DNA from: Lama glama
Taxonomy: Eukaryota
NCBI GenBank assembly: GCA_028534125.1
Contig: CM052817.1
Span: 10,232,001 to 10,296,000 of the forward strand
DNA: 64,000 nucleotides
Reading direction: 5' to 3'
Both the position numbers and the translations under genes were made by a program. Of the stretch, positions 61,900-64,000 are shown piece after piece (positions within the stretch are counted from its first letter, which is position 1; every line of letters starts with the position of its first letter). Below the pieces are notes generated by a model. The model worked only from the letters and a program-made list of their open reading frames with translations. It was not told the DNA's origin and did not search any database.

Positions 61900-62125
61900 T
61901 GAGGGGACAGGCTCGTGTTTAAATTTTGATCCTGCTGTTGACTGTGAGTCCTTGAAAAGACTTCCCTTAACTTCTCTGGATCTCCATTTCCCGAGCCGCG
62001 ACACCATGGGCATACATGTGATATGTACACCTGATTCAGAAGTTGTGAGGATTTAAAGAGAGAACATTGGTCCTGTTAACTGTGGCGTGCCTGGCTGAGT
62101 AAGTGCTTAATAAATGGTAGTTTCC
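61900..62125 (+). mobile_element. MIR SINE
   Basis: ctgtgagtccttgaaaa...cttaacttctctgg...gttgtgaggatttaaagag...gtgcctggctgagtaagtgcttaataaatggtag. Confidence 0.7.
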
Positions 62126-62668
62126 ATGAATACACTCATTGTTGTTAACATGCCTTGCAGACCAGCTCTCATGAGATTCAATTCAACTACCATTTATTAA
62201 CAGCAATAATGGCTGGGAATCTTCACTGGCATCCTCATTGACTGTGATCCGCGTCATGACCCTGTGAGTATTATCAGTGTGATGGGCATCACCGTGCCAA
62301 TTTGGCAGATGGAGCAACCAGTACTCATTGTGAGTTAGTGATTCAGGAAAATTAAATGATTGATGTGAGGCAAAAATGATAAATGATAAATGACCCACAT
62401 TTCTGCTCTGTGTCCACTGTACTATGCCGTCCTGTGTTTGAAAGAACTGGGAGAGTTAATTGCAGAAGAGTGTGTGAGGACAGAGAAGCTGTTCCCAAAT
62501 GTTTGATGGAGAGAGGTGATGTGGCTTAGTGCTGATGACTAGGCTGTGGGGCCAGGTGATCTGTGTTTGAATCCAGCTCCATCACTTACTGAGTGACAGG
62601 TCAGGTCTTTGTGTCCTCATCTGTAAAATGGGTTGTTGGGAGTATTAAATGGATGAACGTGTCTGAAT

Positions 62669-62953
62669 TAGGGTCAACTTGGCCATTAGACATTATAGGC
62701 ACCTGCCTGGGAGCCACAATGCTAAATTTTAGGGGCCCAGAAGAATATTTTTATTTCTTGTAAAACTAGAGGGGAAAAAATGAATTTTTAGGTGGAAGTA
62801 AGAATTTAATACATGGTATTGATATATTCATGTTTATACTGATGCAGTCATAAAATATAATTTTATATTATTATTACTATTATTATTTTTTATGAAGGAA
62901 GGGGCCTGTGAAGGCAAAGTATATAGAATTCTTGGGAGTTAGAATGCAGCCTC
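62669..62953. mobile_element. ORSL-like hAT-Tip100 fossil
   Basis: taggcacctgcctggg...ttttaggggccc...aaaaaatgaatttttaggt...gcagtcataaaatataatttt...gaaggaaggggcc...gaaggcaaagt. Confidence 0.65.
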
Positions 62954-63554
62954 CTTAGGGAGTGTTTAGGCCAGAGCCTGGAATCATCCAGGGTCTGTAT
63001 TAAGCATTTACCACGTCTAGGGGGCTCGGCAGAGCCAACTAAGAGCCACTGGGATTACCAGAGGTTCAACACAGCCACACATTCTCCCCTCTTTTCCTCT
63101 TTCCACAAGAATCTTTCTGCTTTATACACAACAAGATACAGGATGTGTCATTGACCAGACCATCTCTTAGGAAGGATGTCAGGAAAGTTCATGGGTTAGA
63201 AAGGCAGATCTCAAAGTGGGGCTGAACATGGGTGGGGCTGTTTTGGCTAAAACCTTGAAGACCTCCACTGTGACTCAGGAGTCTGTGGGGAGGTGGGACA
63301 AAGAAATGGTAGAAAAAGCTGGTGGGTGGACCCAGTGGGATGGCAAATGCCGTGTTCTGTGGATGTGATCTCCGGCCACGACCACCGCGCCCAGGTCTTC
63401 AGTAAAACCACAGAACTTACCTTCTCCAGCTCCACCCCTGGGTGGGGCCACTCCGACACACTCAAGGCCAAAGGCACAACATGATGCGGAGGAGTGGAGC
63501 TTGGGCCATAGAGATGACATTACAAATTCTTTAGTCCGTGGGATGCACTTGACT

Positions 63555-63708
63555 GTCTTGTTACTCAAAGTGGGTCTAGTGGCATCAGAGTTACTAGGAC
63601 ACCATCGCAGGTGCAGAATCTTGCACCTGTCACCCCCTCCCCACCCTGGGCTGCTGCACGTCAACGGGGCAGGTGCCCTGTGTGAACAGTCTAGTTTGAG
63701 AAGCTCTG
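63555..63708. mobile_element. MER5-like hAT MITE
   Basis: ttactcaaagtgggtc...gcatcag...tgcagaatct...agtttgagaagctctg. Confidence 0.6.
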
Positions 63709-63866
63709 TTCTCTTTCATAGGCCTCTTGGCCCCAGATGTACAGTGATTTGGGACCACCCACTGGAGAGAGGTTGCTGCCCCCTCTCCTTCTGAGAGAAA
63801 GGAGCAGAAAAGGAAAAGGGGAAGGAGACCAACTTCTTGACTTGAACCCCCTCTTTTGCTTTAAGT

Positions 63867-64000
63867 CAGTGTTTCAGCCTTGATCAAAATCATTTGAAGT
63901 CTAATTAAACCAGAAAGTCTGGGAGTGGGAATAGGGGCCAGTATGTTTTAATAAAGTTTATCCATGAGATTCTACCATGAGGCCAGATTTGAAAACCACT
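63867..64000. mobile_element. MER5B-like hAT MITE (runs to the window edge)
   Basis: cagtgtttcagcc...tctgggagtggg...gattct...gccagatttgaaaaccact. Confidence 0.55.

Noticed and set aside
1..64000. CRISPR arrays, operons, tRNA, rRNA or snRNA genes, processed pseudogenes
   Set aside because: None seen; the sequence is mammalian repeat-rich DNA with no regularly spaced repeats or recognisable structural RNA.

Overview
This is eutherian mammalian DNA, mostly intronic or intergenic and dense in interspersed repeats. The young L1 3' ends look cetartiodactyl, most likely camelid (an inference; no ruminant Bov-SINE/BovB or pig PRE1 copies were recognised). I could not identify any protein-coding gene, RNA gene or prokaryote-type system. 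The window contains old L1M, L2 and MIR fragments, many MaLR/ERV solo LTRs, hAT fossils (MER5, MER3, MER58, MER102, ORSL, Charlie-like), microsatellites and a 500-N assembly gap. The best-supported points of interest are: a ~235-bp twin-primed, inverted and deleted L1 insertion with a 15-bp TSD and primer microhomology (44815-45078); a deleted two-LTR ERV-L-class provirus with readable protease, RT, integrase and dUTPase relics (31576-34750); a nested transposon stack with a TSD-flanked young L1; a perfect 21-bp fold-back at an LTR end; two locally templated duplications; a MIR-derived CTCF-like motif; and several repeat-free islands that look regulatory or exon-like. Repeat family names and most boundaries were assigned by eye and are approximate.
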